This document shows, one piece after another, positions 1 through 11,796 of a stretch of DNA of 64,000 nt. Source of the stretch: the human T2T-CHM13v2.0 reference genome, Homo sapiens. The stretch lies in the NCBI RefSeq assembly GCF_009914755.1, contig NC_060937.1, one strand, 5' to 3'. Each line of letters begins with the position of its first letter. Positions within the stretch are counted from its first letter, which is position 1. A program made the position numbers and the translations under genes. Under the pieces are notes generated by a model. The model ran no database searches, was not told the origin of the DNA, and saw only the letters and a list, made by a program, of their open reading frames with translations.

Positions 1-145
1 CCATGCCAATATCTATTATGTTTTGACTTTTAAATTATGGCCATTCTTACAGGAGCAAGGTGGTATCTCCTTGTGGTTTTAATTTGCATTTCCCTATTCA
101 TTAGTCATGAGCATTTTTTTTGTATGTTTGTTGTCCATTTGTATA

Positions 146-185
<40 letters not shown>

Positions 186-3100
186 GAGACAGAGTCTCAC
201 TCTGTTGCCCAAGCTGGAGTGCAGTGATGCAATCTTAGCTCACTGCAACCTCCATCTCCCAGGATCAAGGTATTCTTATATCTTAGCCACCCAGATAGCT
301 GGGATTACAGGTGTACACCACCATGCCTGGCTAATTTTTGTCTTTTTAATAGGACAGGGTTTCACCATGTTGGCCAGGCTGGTCTGAAACCCTGACTTCA
401 AGTGAGCCACTGGAATTAGCTTCCTAATGTTCTAGGGTTGTAAGCATAAGCCACTACACCCAGCCCATTTGTATGCCTTCTTTTGATAATTATCTATTTA
501 TATTCTTTGCCTGCTTTTTAATGGAATTGTTTGTTTTTGCTTGATGATTTGTTTGAAGTCCTTGTAGATTCTGGATATTAGTCCTTTGTCGGATACATAG
601 TTTGTGAAGATTTTCTCCCACTCTGTGGATTGTCTGTTTACTCTGATAATTATTCCTTTTGCTCTGCAGAAGCCTTTTAGTTTAATTAGGTTCCATCTGT
701 TTATTTTTGGTTTTGCTGCTTTTGCTTTTGGGTTCGTGGTCATGAACTCTTTGCCTAAGCTAATGTCTAGAAGAGTTTTTCTAATGTTATCTTTTAGAAT
801 TTTTATGGATTCAGGTTTTAGATTTAAGTCTTTGATCTATCTTTAGTTGATTTTTGTATAAGGTGAAAGATGAGAATCCAGGATCATTCTTCTACATGTG
901 GCTTGCCAATTATCCCAGCACCATTTGTTAAATAGGGTGCCGTTTACTCATTTTATGTTTTTGTTTGCTTTGTCAAACATCATTTGGCTCTAACTATTTG
1001 GCTTCATTTCTGGGTTCTCTATTCTGTTCCATTGGTCTACATACTATTTTTTATACTAGTAACATGCTGTTTTGGTAACTACAGCCTTGTAGTGTAGTTT
1101 GAAGTTGGGTAATGTGATGCCTCTAGATTTGTTCTTTTTGCTTCATATTACTTTGGCTATGTGGGCTCTTTTTTGGTTCCATATGAATTTTACAATTTTT
1201 TTTTCTAGTTCTGTGAAGAATGATGATAGTACTTTTATGGGAATTGACTTGAATCTGTAGATTATTTTTGGCAGCATGGTCATTTTCACAATATTGATTC
1301 TACCCATCCATGAGCATGGGTTGTGTTTTCATTTGTTTGTGTCACTGATGATTTCTGTCAGCAATGTTTTGTAGTTTTCCTTGTAGAGATCTTTCACCTC
1401 CTTGATTAGGTGTATTTCTAAGTTTTTGTTTTTGTTTTTTCATTTGTCATAAAAGGGATTGAGTTCTTGATTTGACTCTCAGCTTAGTTACTGTTGATGT
1501 ATAACAGTACTACTTATTTGTGTACATTGATTTTCTATCCTGAAACTTTACTGAATTCATTTATCAAATCTAGGAGCTTCTTGGATGAGTTTTTAAGGGT
1601 TTTCTAGGTATGCAATCATATAATTGGCAAATGGTGACAGTTTGCCTTCCTCTTTACTGGTTCAGATGCACTTTTTTCTCTTGTCTGATTGCTCTGGCTA
1701 AGATTTCCGTACTACGTTGAATAAAAATGGTGAAAGTGGGCATCCTTGTCTTGTTCCAGTTCTTAAGAGAAATGTTTTCAACCTTTCCCCATTCAGTATA
1801 ATGTTGGCTGTGGGTTTGTCATAGATGGTTTTTATTACCTTGGGGTATATCTCTTCTATGCCAATTTTGGTGAGAGTTTTAATCATAAAGGTATACTGGA
1901 CTTTGTCAGAAGCTTTTTCTGCATCTATTGAGATAATTGTATAATTTTTGTTTTAAATTATGTTAATGTGATATATCACATTTATTGACTAGCATATGTT
2001 AAACCATCCCTGCATCTTGGTATGAAACCCACTTGATCCTGGTGTATTATCTTTTTTGATATGATTTTGGATTCAGTTAGCTAGTATTTTGTTGAGAATT
2101 TCTGCATCTATGTCCATCAAGGATATTAATATGTAATTTTCTTCTTTTTCTATGTCCTTTTCTGGTTTTGATATTAGGATGATATTGGCTTCATAGAATG
2201 ATTTAGGGGAGATTGCCTCTTTATCTATCTTTTGGAAGAGTTTTAGAAATATTGGTACCAATTCTTCTTTGAATGTCTGATAGAATTCAGCTGTGAATCC
2301 CTCTGGTCCTGGACTTTTTTTGTTGTTGGTAATTTTTTTATTCCTGTTTCAGTCTCGCTACTTGTTATTGGTCTGTTCAGAGTTTCTATTTCTTCCTGAT
2401 TTAATCTAAGAGGGTTGTATATTTCCAGAAATTTACCCATCTCCTCTAGATTTTCCAGTTTGTGAGCATAAAGGTGTTCAGAGTAGACTTGAATGATCTT
2501 TTGTATTTCTGTGGCATCAGTTTTAATAGATCCCATTTCATTTCTAATTGAACTTATTTAGATCTTCTGTCTTCTTTTCTTGGTTAAGCTCATTATTGGT
2601 CTATCAATTTTGTTTATGTTTTCAAAGAACCATCTTTTTGTTTTATTTATTTTTTGTATCTTTTTTTCAATTTCATTTATTTCTTCTCTGATATTTATTT
2701 CTTTTATTCTGCTGAGTTTGGGTTTGGCTTGTTCTTATTTCTCTAGTTCCTTGAGGTGTGAGCTTAGATTGTATATTTATGCATCTTCAGACTTTATGAT
2801 GTAGGCATTTAATGCTATGAACTTTCCTCTTAGCACAACCTTTGCTGTATCACAGAAGTTTTGATAGGTTGTGACACTATTATCATTCAGCTCAAAGAAG
2901 ATTTTTATTTTCATCTTGATTTCGTTATTGACCCAAAGATTGTTCAAGAGCAGATTATTTAATTTCCATAGTTTTGGGCATTCCTTTTGGAGTTAATTTC
3001 TAGTTTTATTCCATTGTGGTCTGAGAGGATCCTTGATATAATTTTGACTTTCTTAAATGTATGGAGACTTGTTTTGTTACCTATCATATGGTGTATCTTG

Positions 3101-3717
3101 GAGAATGCTCCATGTGCTGATGAAAAGAATGTATATTCTGCAGTTGTTGGGTAAAATGTTCTGTAAGTATCTGTTAAGTTCCTTTGTTCTAGTGCATAGT
3201 TTAAGCCCTTGTTTCTTTGTTGACTTTCTGTCTTGATAACTTGTCTAGTGCTGTCAGTGGAATAGTGAAATCCCCCACTACTAGTATGTTGTTGTCTATC
3301 TCATTTCTTAGGTCTAGTAGTAATTGTTTTATAAATTTGGGAGCTTCAGTGTTAGGTGCATAACTATTTAGGATGGTGATATTTTCCTGTTGGACTAATC
3401 CTTTTATCATTATTTACTATCTCTCTTTGCCTTTTTTTTTTTTTTTTTTGGTGTTGTTGCTTTAAAGTCTATTTTGTCTGATATAAGAATAGCTAGTCCT
3501 GCTTGCTTTGGTTTCTATTTGTGTGGACTATCTTTTTCCACCCTCTTACCTTAAGTTTATGTGAGTCCTTATGTGTCAGGTGAATCTCTTGAAGACAGCA
3601 GATACTTGGTTGGTGGAGTTGTATCCAACATGCCGTTCTGTATGTTTTAAGTGGAGCATTTAGGCCATTTACATTCAATGTTAGTATTGAGAAGTGAGGT
3701 ACTATTCTATTCATCAT
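1..3717 (-). pseudogene. Disrupted L1 ORF2 (endonuclease/reverse transcriptase)
   Basis: ORF2 N-terminus MMNRIVPHFSILTLNVNGLNAP at 3717; broken into short frames (3493-3717, 3201-3410, 2243-2536, 2073-2261, 1698-1886, 498-743). Confidence 0.9.
146..465 (-). mobile_element. AluS-type SINE inserted into L1 ORF2, tail converted to (TTA)n
   Basis: Antisense Alu body 186-465; (TTA)n at 146-185; TSD CATTTGTAT at 136-144 and 466-474. Confidence 0.93.
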
Positions 3718-6359
3718 GCTAGTTGTTGCCTAAATACACTGTCTTTTTTTTCTCATTGTGTTATTGTATTATAGGTCCTGTGAGATTTATACTTTAAGGA
3801 GGTTCTATTTTGGTGTATTTTGAGGTTTTGTTTCAAGATTTACAAGTCCTTTTAACATTTCTGGTAGTGATGGCTTGGTAGTGGCAAATTCTCTAAGCAC
3901 TGTTCATCTAAGCATTTGTTTGTCTGAGAGAGACTTTATCTCTTCTGCAACTATGAAATTTAGTTATTCTGGATACAAAATTGTTAGCTGATAATTATTT
4001 TGTTTCAAGAGGCTAAAGATAGGACCCCAATCCCTTCTGGCTTGTAAAGTTTCTGCTGAGAAATCTTCTGTTAATCTGATAGGTTTTCCTTTATAGGTTA
4101 CCTGATGCTTTTGTCTCACAGTCCTTCCTCTGTCTTAATTCTAGATAACCTGATGACTATATGCATGGATGATAATCGTTTTGCGATGAATTTCACAGGT
4201 GTTCTTTTAGCATCTTGTATTTGGATGTCTAGTTCTCTAGCAAGGCCAGGGACGTTTTCCTTGATTATTCCCTCAAATAAATTTTCCTAACTTCTACATT
4301 TGTCTTCTTCCTCAGGAACACCAATTATTCTTAGGTTTGGATATTTAACATAATCCCAAATGTCTTGGATGCTTTGTTCAGCTTTTTATATTAATTTTTC
4401 TTTATCTTTTTCTGATCAGGTTAATTTGAAAGCCTTGTCTTTGTGCTCTGAAGTTCTTTCTTCTACTTGTTTTAGTCTCCTGTTGAAATTTTCCAGTGCA
4501 TTTTGTATATCTCTAAGGGCATCTTTCATTCCCAAAGTTATGCTTGTTTTTCTTTATAATATCTATTTTTCTGGAGAATTTTTTATCTTTATCCTGTATA
4601 ATTTTTGAATTTCTTTATGTTGATTTCACCTTTCTCCGGTATTTCCTTGAATAGGTTAATAATCTACCTTCTGAATTCTTTATCTGGCAATTCAGAGATT
4701 TCTTCTTGGTTTTAATCCATTGCTGGAGAGCTAGTGTGATCTTTTGGGGGTGTTATAAAACCCTGTTTTGTCATATTATAAGAATTACCTTTCTGGTTCC
4801 TTCTTATTTGGGCAGACTATTTCAGTGGAGAGATCTGAAACTGAAGGCCTGCTTTCAGATTCTTTTGCCCCATGTGGTGCTCTTCCCTTTCTGCTAGGGA
4901 TTGGGCTTCCTGAGAGCTGGACTGCAGTGATTGTTATTGCCCTTCTGGGTCTAACCACCCTGCAGAGCTACCAGGCTGTGGGCTGCTACTGGGGAATGTC
5001 TGCAAAGAGTTCTGTGACATGATCCATCTTCAAGTCTTGCCATGGATACCAGTGCCTGCTCTGGTGACGGTGAAGTAGACTCTGTGAAAGTCCTCGGTTG
5101 TAGATGTTTAATGTTCTGCGTTTCTTGAATGCTGATTATGCTAGTAGTGAAGTTGTCATGTGGAGAGACCCAGGACCTCTGACTAGCCAGGATGTTGCAG
5201 GCAATTAAATTAGTTGTTATTTTCTCTTTCTTGGGAGCAAGATTATTCTGTCTTAAGTTGCTATAATGGCCTGAACTGGTTGCCCTCCAGCCAGGAGGTG
5301 GTGCTTTCAAAAGAGCACCAGCTTTGGTAGTAGTAGGGGAATCTAAGCTTTCCCTAAATTGGTCAGGGTAAGTATTCTGGTTTCTTAGGCAATGAGCAGT
5401 CCCGTAAAGCTTCTAAGAGTTTATATGTTTTGTGTTTGGCTACTAGGTGGGGGCAGGGTTAGGTGTGTCTGAGCTCTCCTTAGGCAGGGCTTGCTGCTGC
5501 CACTATAGGGGATGGGTGTGGGTGGTTCTTAGACCAGTGGGGTTATATTCCAGAGAGGATTATGGCTGCCTCTGCTGTCATATAGCTTACCAGGGAAGTA
5601 GGGGATAGCTGGTAACAAGAGGCTTCACCCAGCTCTGACACAGTTGGCAAGGCCAGTCTTGCTCCTGCAGCGCCCCACTCAGACCTTACACCAAGTTGTA
5701 AGCTTCCCCACGAGAAAGCAAGCAGGGCTTTCAGGCCTTACTCCTTCCCATTTGCCCCCACTGTCAGTGGCAGCTCTTGCACTCCTATCTGCAGCAGTTC
5801 CCATTTTCCACCTGAATTCTGCTCAAGAAAATTCATGCCCAGTCAAAATTACTACAAATTTCAGTTGGAAGCTTCTTTCACCCTGTGATCCCTCCATAAT
5901 TCTGTTGGCTTCCTTCCCCAAGGGCCGTGTGAAATGTAGTCAGGGATGGCTTCCATGGGCTCTAGTTGAAGACTGAAAGTGCTTACCTACAAGGCTCTTC
6001 TCATAGCTGCTTCTACTTTTATATTTTGCACTGCTCCCTAAATCCATTTTGGCTCTAGGAATGGTTAAATTCGTCTCCCATGATCGGAATTTCAGATTCC
6101 CCAATGGACATGCGTGTTTGGAGGCAGGCTTTCCCCTCTCACACTTTGGGAACTCACAGTTTTTCACCTGTCTCGCAGAATTTGCAGTGGCTTGCCACTT
6201 CTTTCTAAGGATCTGTCAATTCTTTCGGTTTCCTGGTGTGTTCCTGTGGTGGTTCTTGGATCAAAAGTTCACGGTGTGAGTCTCCACATGATGTTCCGTT
6301 CATCCAAGTGGGAGCTGCACGTTAGCCCTGTCTCCTATTCACTATCTTCCTCAGACTCC

Positions 6360-7609
6360 AAAGGTAAACGATCTTTATGTGTGGGTAAATTCTTGCACTG
6401 GGTTTCACAGGTATATGTATTAGCAGGACAATTTTTGGTGTTGTAGTTTGGGTTGAGATCCAGCAGATGGTGCTTAAGAGTAGGCTGATTCCCAGCTGTA
6501 CGACTCTTGGACTTCCTGTGTTCACAGGCATCCTCTGTGGTAGGACAGGAGAGGCCCCCTCACCAGGTCCACCCCTGGGCGTTGGGAAAGCCCCGCCTGA
6601 ACACCAGCACCATGCTTGTATTTGTTGCTGTTCTTAGGCGTTCCCTCGCGGTGGGGCCCCCTCAGGCACAGGCTGTGACAGGGAATATGCCATACTCTTT
6701 CTAGACCAGCCCAGCAGAAGGAGGCACACCCTGCTCCAGCCCCAGCCCAAGAACCTGTAAGTCTTGCCCTTTTCAGTGCTCTGATTATGTGGGCTTCTCT
6801 GTCACTCCAGCACTGGCCTCAGATCTTGACTCTGTATTACTGAGCTGCGCTCAGTCCTGAGGGCACTGGGGCATCCCACATGTCAAGGTCAGTTTCCAGC
6901 TACACTGAGGATCCAATGTGCTCCCAGGTCCTAGGAAAGTACTCAGGCGGAACAATACTCTCAGGCTGTACTGTGCAGAGGCCGTACTGTGCATCCACTC
7001 CTGTAGGATAGCTAGGCATGGGCCTGGGATTGGGGGCTGGCAGGCAGGAGGGCTTGCAAAACATAAGTGCCCAGTCCTACGAAGAATCTGTCCCCACTCT
7101 TTCCTGGCTCAGAGGTCAGTTGCGGCCAGTACCTCCAAGAGGGGGATGGGAAGCCCGGGAGGATGAGCAACTATGACCACTCTCTGCCGAAGGTGCCCAG
7201 CACACAAAAACACCAAGGTTCTGTGCCATCCAACATTCTGTCTCTGCTTGTTTCCTGGGGAGATTCCCCTGCCAGCTCACACATCCATGGGTGGTTCTAT
7301 AGCTCACACATCCATAGCTAGTTCTATAGCTAGGACCTCACAGTCAACAGTGTCCTGTCTCTCAGTTCCTTCACTCTCCCCTTTCCCAGGAACTGTTCAG
7401 AGACCAGAACTAGCCCTAGCATTCAAGTAACCAGCAGAGGGTTCCCAGCTTGCTCCCTCTTCAGCCTGCACTTCACTGTCACCTGTCTATCCACTCTCAG
7501 CTTTTTCTCTCTGAGGTCTGCCAAAATTATACTGGTTAGTCGATAATTTGGTCTCTCTCAGTGGGAGTGTGCTTCCTGGCTACATCTAGTTGGCCATCTT
7601 GTCCCCTCC
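6360..7609 (-). mobile_element. Second, different old primate L1 5'UTR (L1P4/L1PA15-16-like)
   Basis: The minus strand starts GGAGGGGACAAGATGGCCAACTAGATG with the L1 YY1 site CAAGATGGCC (7592-7601), followed by a GC-richer UTR-like body. Confidence 0.7.
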
Positions 7610-8486
7610 ATTTGTTCCCTAGGTACACACATCCATACACACACTCTTATACCTATAGTACTAGTCATGTTTCATTAGATTTTTAGAAAATATAGTATTT
7701 GGAAATTTCTTAGCTAAGAAGGAAAATAAAGTACAATATAAATTGTAGTTTCTCATATTTTTAGTGAACATGTAAGATATTTGAGTTATTACTTAGTATA
7801 GTTAAGAGTATATTATTTTTAATGTAAAAAATAAAACTACTTTCATTTAAGTTATATTCCTTCTATGTGCTACTTTTACCTAAGATTTAAAGTTTACCCA
7901 ATCAAAACCTAATCCTTCTTTACAATATAATTAGAATGTCAAATCAAACACATTTATTTGTTTAGGTTTCCCTAAAAGACCTTGAGTGCAGTAGGTGATG
8001 ATAAATGTTTTGTACAAGTTTACCAAGAGCAAACATTATGATCATCCATAAATTAATCAAATTTACTCTAACAAGGGAATTTTATTTGCTCATAGGTAAG
8101 ATAAGGGAAAGTAAAGCCTGCGTCTTCTTCTTTTTTTAAAAAAAGGCTATTTCTGTAAGTTTCTTGCAGATTGTTTCTAATTCCCTATATTTTATTAATG
8201 ATAGAATCATCAGAATAGAGTTTCCCAATTATAAAATTGAGTGATAATCTACCATTGTTCCACCAACTTCTCCTCTCCTTGTTCTATGAAGAAACAGATT
8301 GTATCATCTTCCTCATCATCACAAAACATCACACAAATCATCAAGGATTTAATTTTGTGTGATACCATAACAAATAATATAGAAAGTCCTAAGTACTGAC
8401 CTGTACGTACTGTCTTACATGCTTCTTCAGGCAATTTAGCAGGATTGCTGGACGGGACTCCTGTAGTTAAATTTACTCTAAAAATA

Positions 8487-8556
<70 letters not shown>
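8487..8556. repeat. Compound (CT)n(CA)n microsatellite
   Basis: Read directly from the sequence. Confidence 0.97.
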
Positions 8557-8559
<3 letters not shown>

Positions 8560-10358
8560 GAAGAGAGGAGAGAGATTCTATTTTCTCTAGGAGTGTAAGA
8601 AACCGTGTTGATGATGAAACATTATGAGAAATGTCCTAGCAGGGAGAAAAGCATTATACTTCAAAATGATCAAAACAGTGAAAAACCACAGGATAGCAAA
8701 TACACTGCAGCACAATAGAACAAGCTAAGCCTACAGATCAGGCATGCATTGAGGTGTGGAAAGCCTAAGAAAGCTAACATAAAGTTTCACTGCACCAGTG
8801 GATATGATTCAGTCCAACAAAAGCCATCTTCTGAATAATGGGAATAACATTAAGGAAAAGTTATAATTACATGGGTAGATACCTCACACTACAAATCCTA
8901 CAGAACTATCTAGTTCTTCTATGATGCATATTATGTGTACTATGAAAGAATGTCTTCCTCACAAATAAATACACAACCAGAGTGCAGAAAAAGAAGACAA
9001 TGCAACAGTATTGAAATATTCAGTCACTCACTGCCTCTGTATCTAGCAAGTGACTAAGATGCTGTAGGCAGCATTAAACATTTTAATGTTAGGAGGTGGC
9101 AATGGATGAATGTGTCTTTGTTGAACCCATTTAACACGGTAATGAGAAATATATTGCTATAGATAACATCTGTGAATTAATATAAAAGGCCACAAAGCGG
9201 CTAAAAACAATGACAAAAAGTAGATTTATTCTTATTCCAAAATGTTGAAGTTACTATTAAGCAGCCTCTTTTTTCCCTCTACATAAAATTAAAATTAATG
9301 CCTTTTATAAAAAGATATATGGCAATTAAGTTGGACAATTATTCCTAGCTATTGACCAAACAATGTTCTCATCTCTTCAGCCCACCAACATTATATAATG
9401 ACAATATGTTTTCTCAAGGAAGTGAGAAATGATCACAGCAGTTTAACAATGGCTTGTGTGACCCATGAAATATATATATTAACCTAGAGTTATATTTTTC
9501 CACGTTTACTACCGTTTCAAATAACAATGGGAAAGTAAGATTAAGTTTTAAGACTTTAAAATAAGAACAGTTTATTTTAGGTTAACTTTAAGGTGAGTTT
9601 ATAATATAGTAAAGCAAACATTAAAATGTTCCTTAGCTACTTCCTTGATGTAAGTAAATATATTCAATATTTGCTTTCATGGGGAAAGTATATTTTCAGA
9701 TCAACTTGTGTATCAAACTATCAATATCTTTCCTGTTCACATAAATTCCAACTTTAAACTGGGTGTGTAGTCTACAATCAACTTCTATCACTTCTTTTAC
9801 ACTAATTCCCTCTTCAACCTTTTGACATTTAATTTTTATTAAACTTTAATAAAGTTGCGTTTTCAAAGATCACCAAATAACTAACTTGATGTGAAGTCAG
9901 GTGCCTCTTTTGTGACTTCACCTGTTTGATCTCTTTCAAGCACTTACTGTTGCCCACCCCTTAGTTTCTTCTTTGGTTTCTATGGCACAGATCTCTTAGT
10001 ATTTCTTTCAACTTGCTGCCAGCCATCTGTTTGATCCTTTCAGTTAGTTCTTTCTCTCCACCTACATTTTAAGTTGTTGCATCCATTTTTACTTCTTAAT
10101 CCACAAACTCTTTTATAGCACTTTCATTCTCTCACATGACTTCCATACTCATATCTTTGTAAGTGATTACCAGAAGTGTATGGTGTCTCCAAGTCTCATA
10201 TCCAATTACACAATGAGTACCCCAGCCTCACTCAACATGTCTTAGAGAAAGCTCAGCATTTTCTCCTGCAGACCTGAGTTCCTTATCTTAGTTAACGGTA
10301 TTACAATATTCTCAATTGCATAAATTATAATATTTTACATAGTAAACAAGTCCTTTCC

Positions 10359-10557
10359 AGTGGGAACAGTAGACACCAGGTACTACTGGAGAGAAGAGGG
10401 AGGAAAAGGGGCAAGGACTGAAAGACCACCTATTGGGTACTATGCTCACTACCTGAGTGACAAGATCAGTCATACCCTAGGCAATATACACACACAACAT
10501 ACCTGCACATGTACCCCCGAACCTAAAATAAAAGTGGAAATAAAAATAAATGAATAA
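10359..10557 (+). mobile_element. 5'-truncated L1 3' end (L1PA15/16-like)
   Basis: cctattgggtactatgctcactacctg...cctgcacatgtacccc..aacctaaaataaaagt plus A-rich tail; TSD AAACAAGTCCTTTCC (10344-10358) / AAATAAGTCATTTCC (10558-10572). Confidence 0.85.
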
Positions 10558-10574
10558 AAATAAGTCATTTCCTT

Positions 10575-11796
10575 TGTATAACTGCAATTCCTAGTACCTT
10601 AAGTTTTTATGCTTCTGGTAACCTACACATCACATTTGGTAGGCTTCCACATTAACTGCCTGGGGACGGTCTTATGATTGATGGCTTACATCCCATCCCT
10701 GAGTAAGAATCGTATCTTGAGTCCCTCATATCTTATTGTGAGTTCTTCAAACTGTTGATGTACTAATTAATCCATAACCTATTGCCATTGAGAAGGACGC
10801 TGATTTGTTTCTAAATCATGAAGTTATGCTGTTTTGTTTCTGGATTGTGAAATTTTACAGATTGTTTTAGGCATAAAGCATCTTAGCCATTATGCTGTCA
10901 TCTGTAACCAACAATTGTAACCTCTGTATAGTACCCGCCAATGAAAAAAAAAAAAAAAACAACTCTGATATGAGAAGTCCCCTTCTCTTCTCTTAAATTT
11001 TATTTTAAAAATGTTCCAATTTGTACACTTTTACACTGTTGGTGGGACAGTAAACTAGTTCAACCATTGTGGAAGATAGTGTGGCGATTCCTCAGGGATC
11101 AAGAACTAGACATACTATTTGACCCAGCCATCTCATCACTGGGTATATACCCAAAGGATTATAAGTCATGCTGCTATAAAGACACATGCACACATATGTA
11201 TATTGCAGCACTATTCACAATAGCAAAGACTTGGAACCAACCCAAATGTTCATCAATGATAGACTGGATTAAGAAAATGTGGCACATATATACCATGGAA
11301 TACTATGTAGCCATAAAAAATGATGAGTTCATGTCCTTTGTAGGGACATGGATGAAGCTGGAAACCAGCATTCTCAGCAAACTAACGCAAGGACAAAAAA
11401 CCAAACACCGCATGTTCTCACTCATAGGTGGGAATTGCACAGTGAGAACACATGGACACAGGAAGGGGAACATCACACACTGGGGCCTGCTGTGGGGTGG
11501 GGGGAGGGGGAGGGATAGCATTAGGAGATATACCTAATGTAAAGGATGAGTTAATGGGTGCAGCACACCAACATGGCACATGTATACACAGGTAACAAAC
11601 CTGCAAGTTGTGCACATGTACCCTAGAACTTAAAGTATAATAAAAATAAATAAAAAATAAAAACGTTCCAACTTGTAACAGATTTTGGAACAAGTTTACG
11701 TTTATTGGTGTGTCTTCCTAGGTCAATCCTCACATTTGGCTTCCAGAAACTTTTATCAAATTATTTCTGCCTTAACAGTCTTAATTTCAGCTGATA
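10575..11796 (+). mobile_element. ERV1-class (MER4-group, MER67-like) solo LTR split by an L1PA insertion
   Basis: Starts TG; the end cctcacatttggcttcc...aaattatttctgccttaacagtcttaatttcagctgata resembles MER4-group LTR termini; continuous across the L1PA TSD. Confidence 0.55.
11026..11658 (+). mobile_element. 5'-truncated young L1PA (about L1PA5) 3' fragment
   Basis: ORF2 C-terminal peptide (YKDTCTHMYIAALFTIAKTWNQPKC), G-rich 3'UTR, A tail; 19-bp TSD AAAAATGTTCCAATTTGTA (11007-11025) / AAAAACGTTCCAACTTGTA (11659-11677). Confidence 0.93.

Larger units (their letters stand above)
1..6352 (-). mobile_element. Near full-length degenerate LINE-1 (L1PB-type, L1PBa-like 5'UTR); 3' end runs off the left edge
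   Basis: Minus-strand ORF fragments translate to L1 ORF2 motifs (SILTLNVNGLNAP; [13 protein letters not shown]...[10 protein letters not shown]; [14 protein letters not shown]). ORF1-like region ~3760-4750. The 5' end reads GGAAGATAGTGAATAGGAGACAGGGCTAACGTGCAGCTCCCAC on the minus strand, resembling the recalled L1PBa start. Confidence 0.9.

Noticed and set aside
37-387. 116-aa hydrophobic ORF with poly-Leu
   Set aside because: L1 plus (TTA)n Alu tail plus Alu body; an artefact, as are the other Alu-derived ORFs.
4750-7609. L1 antisense promoter driving PCDH17
   Set aside because: The antisense promoter is established for young L1PA 5'UTRs; these are old, CpG-decayed and ~47 kb away.
11067-11537. 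156-aa ORF
   Set aside because: L1 ORF2 C-terminus reading into the 3'UTR of a truncated copy.
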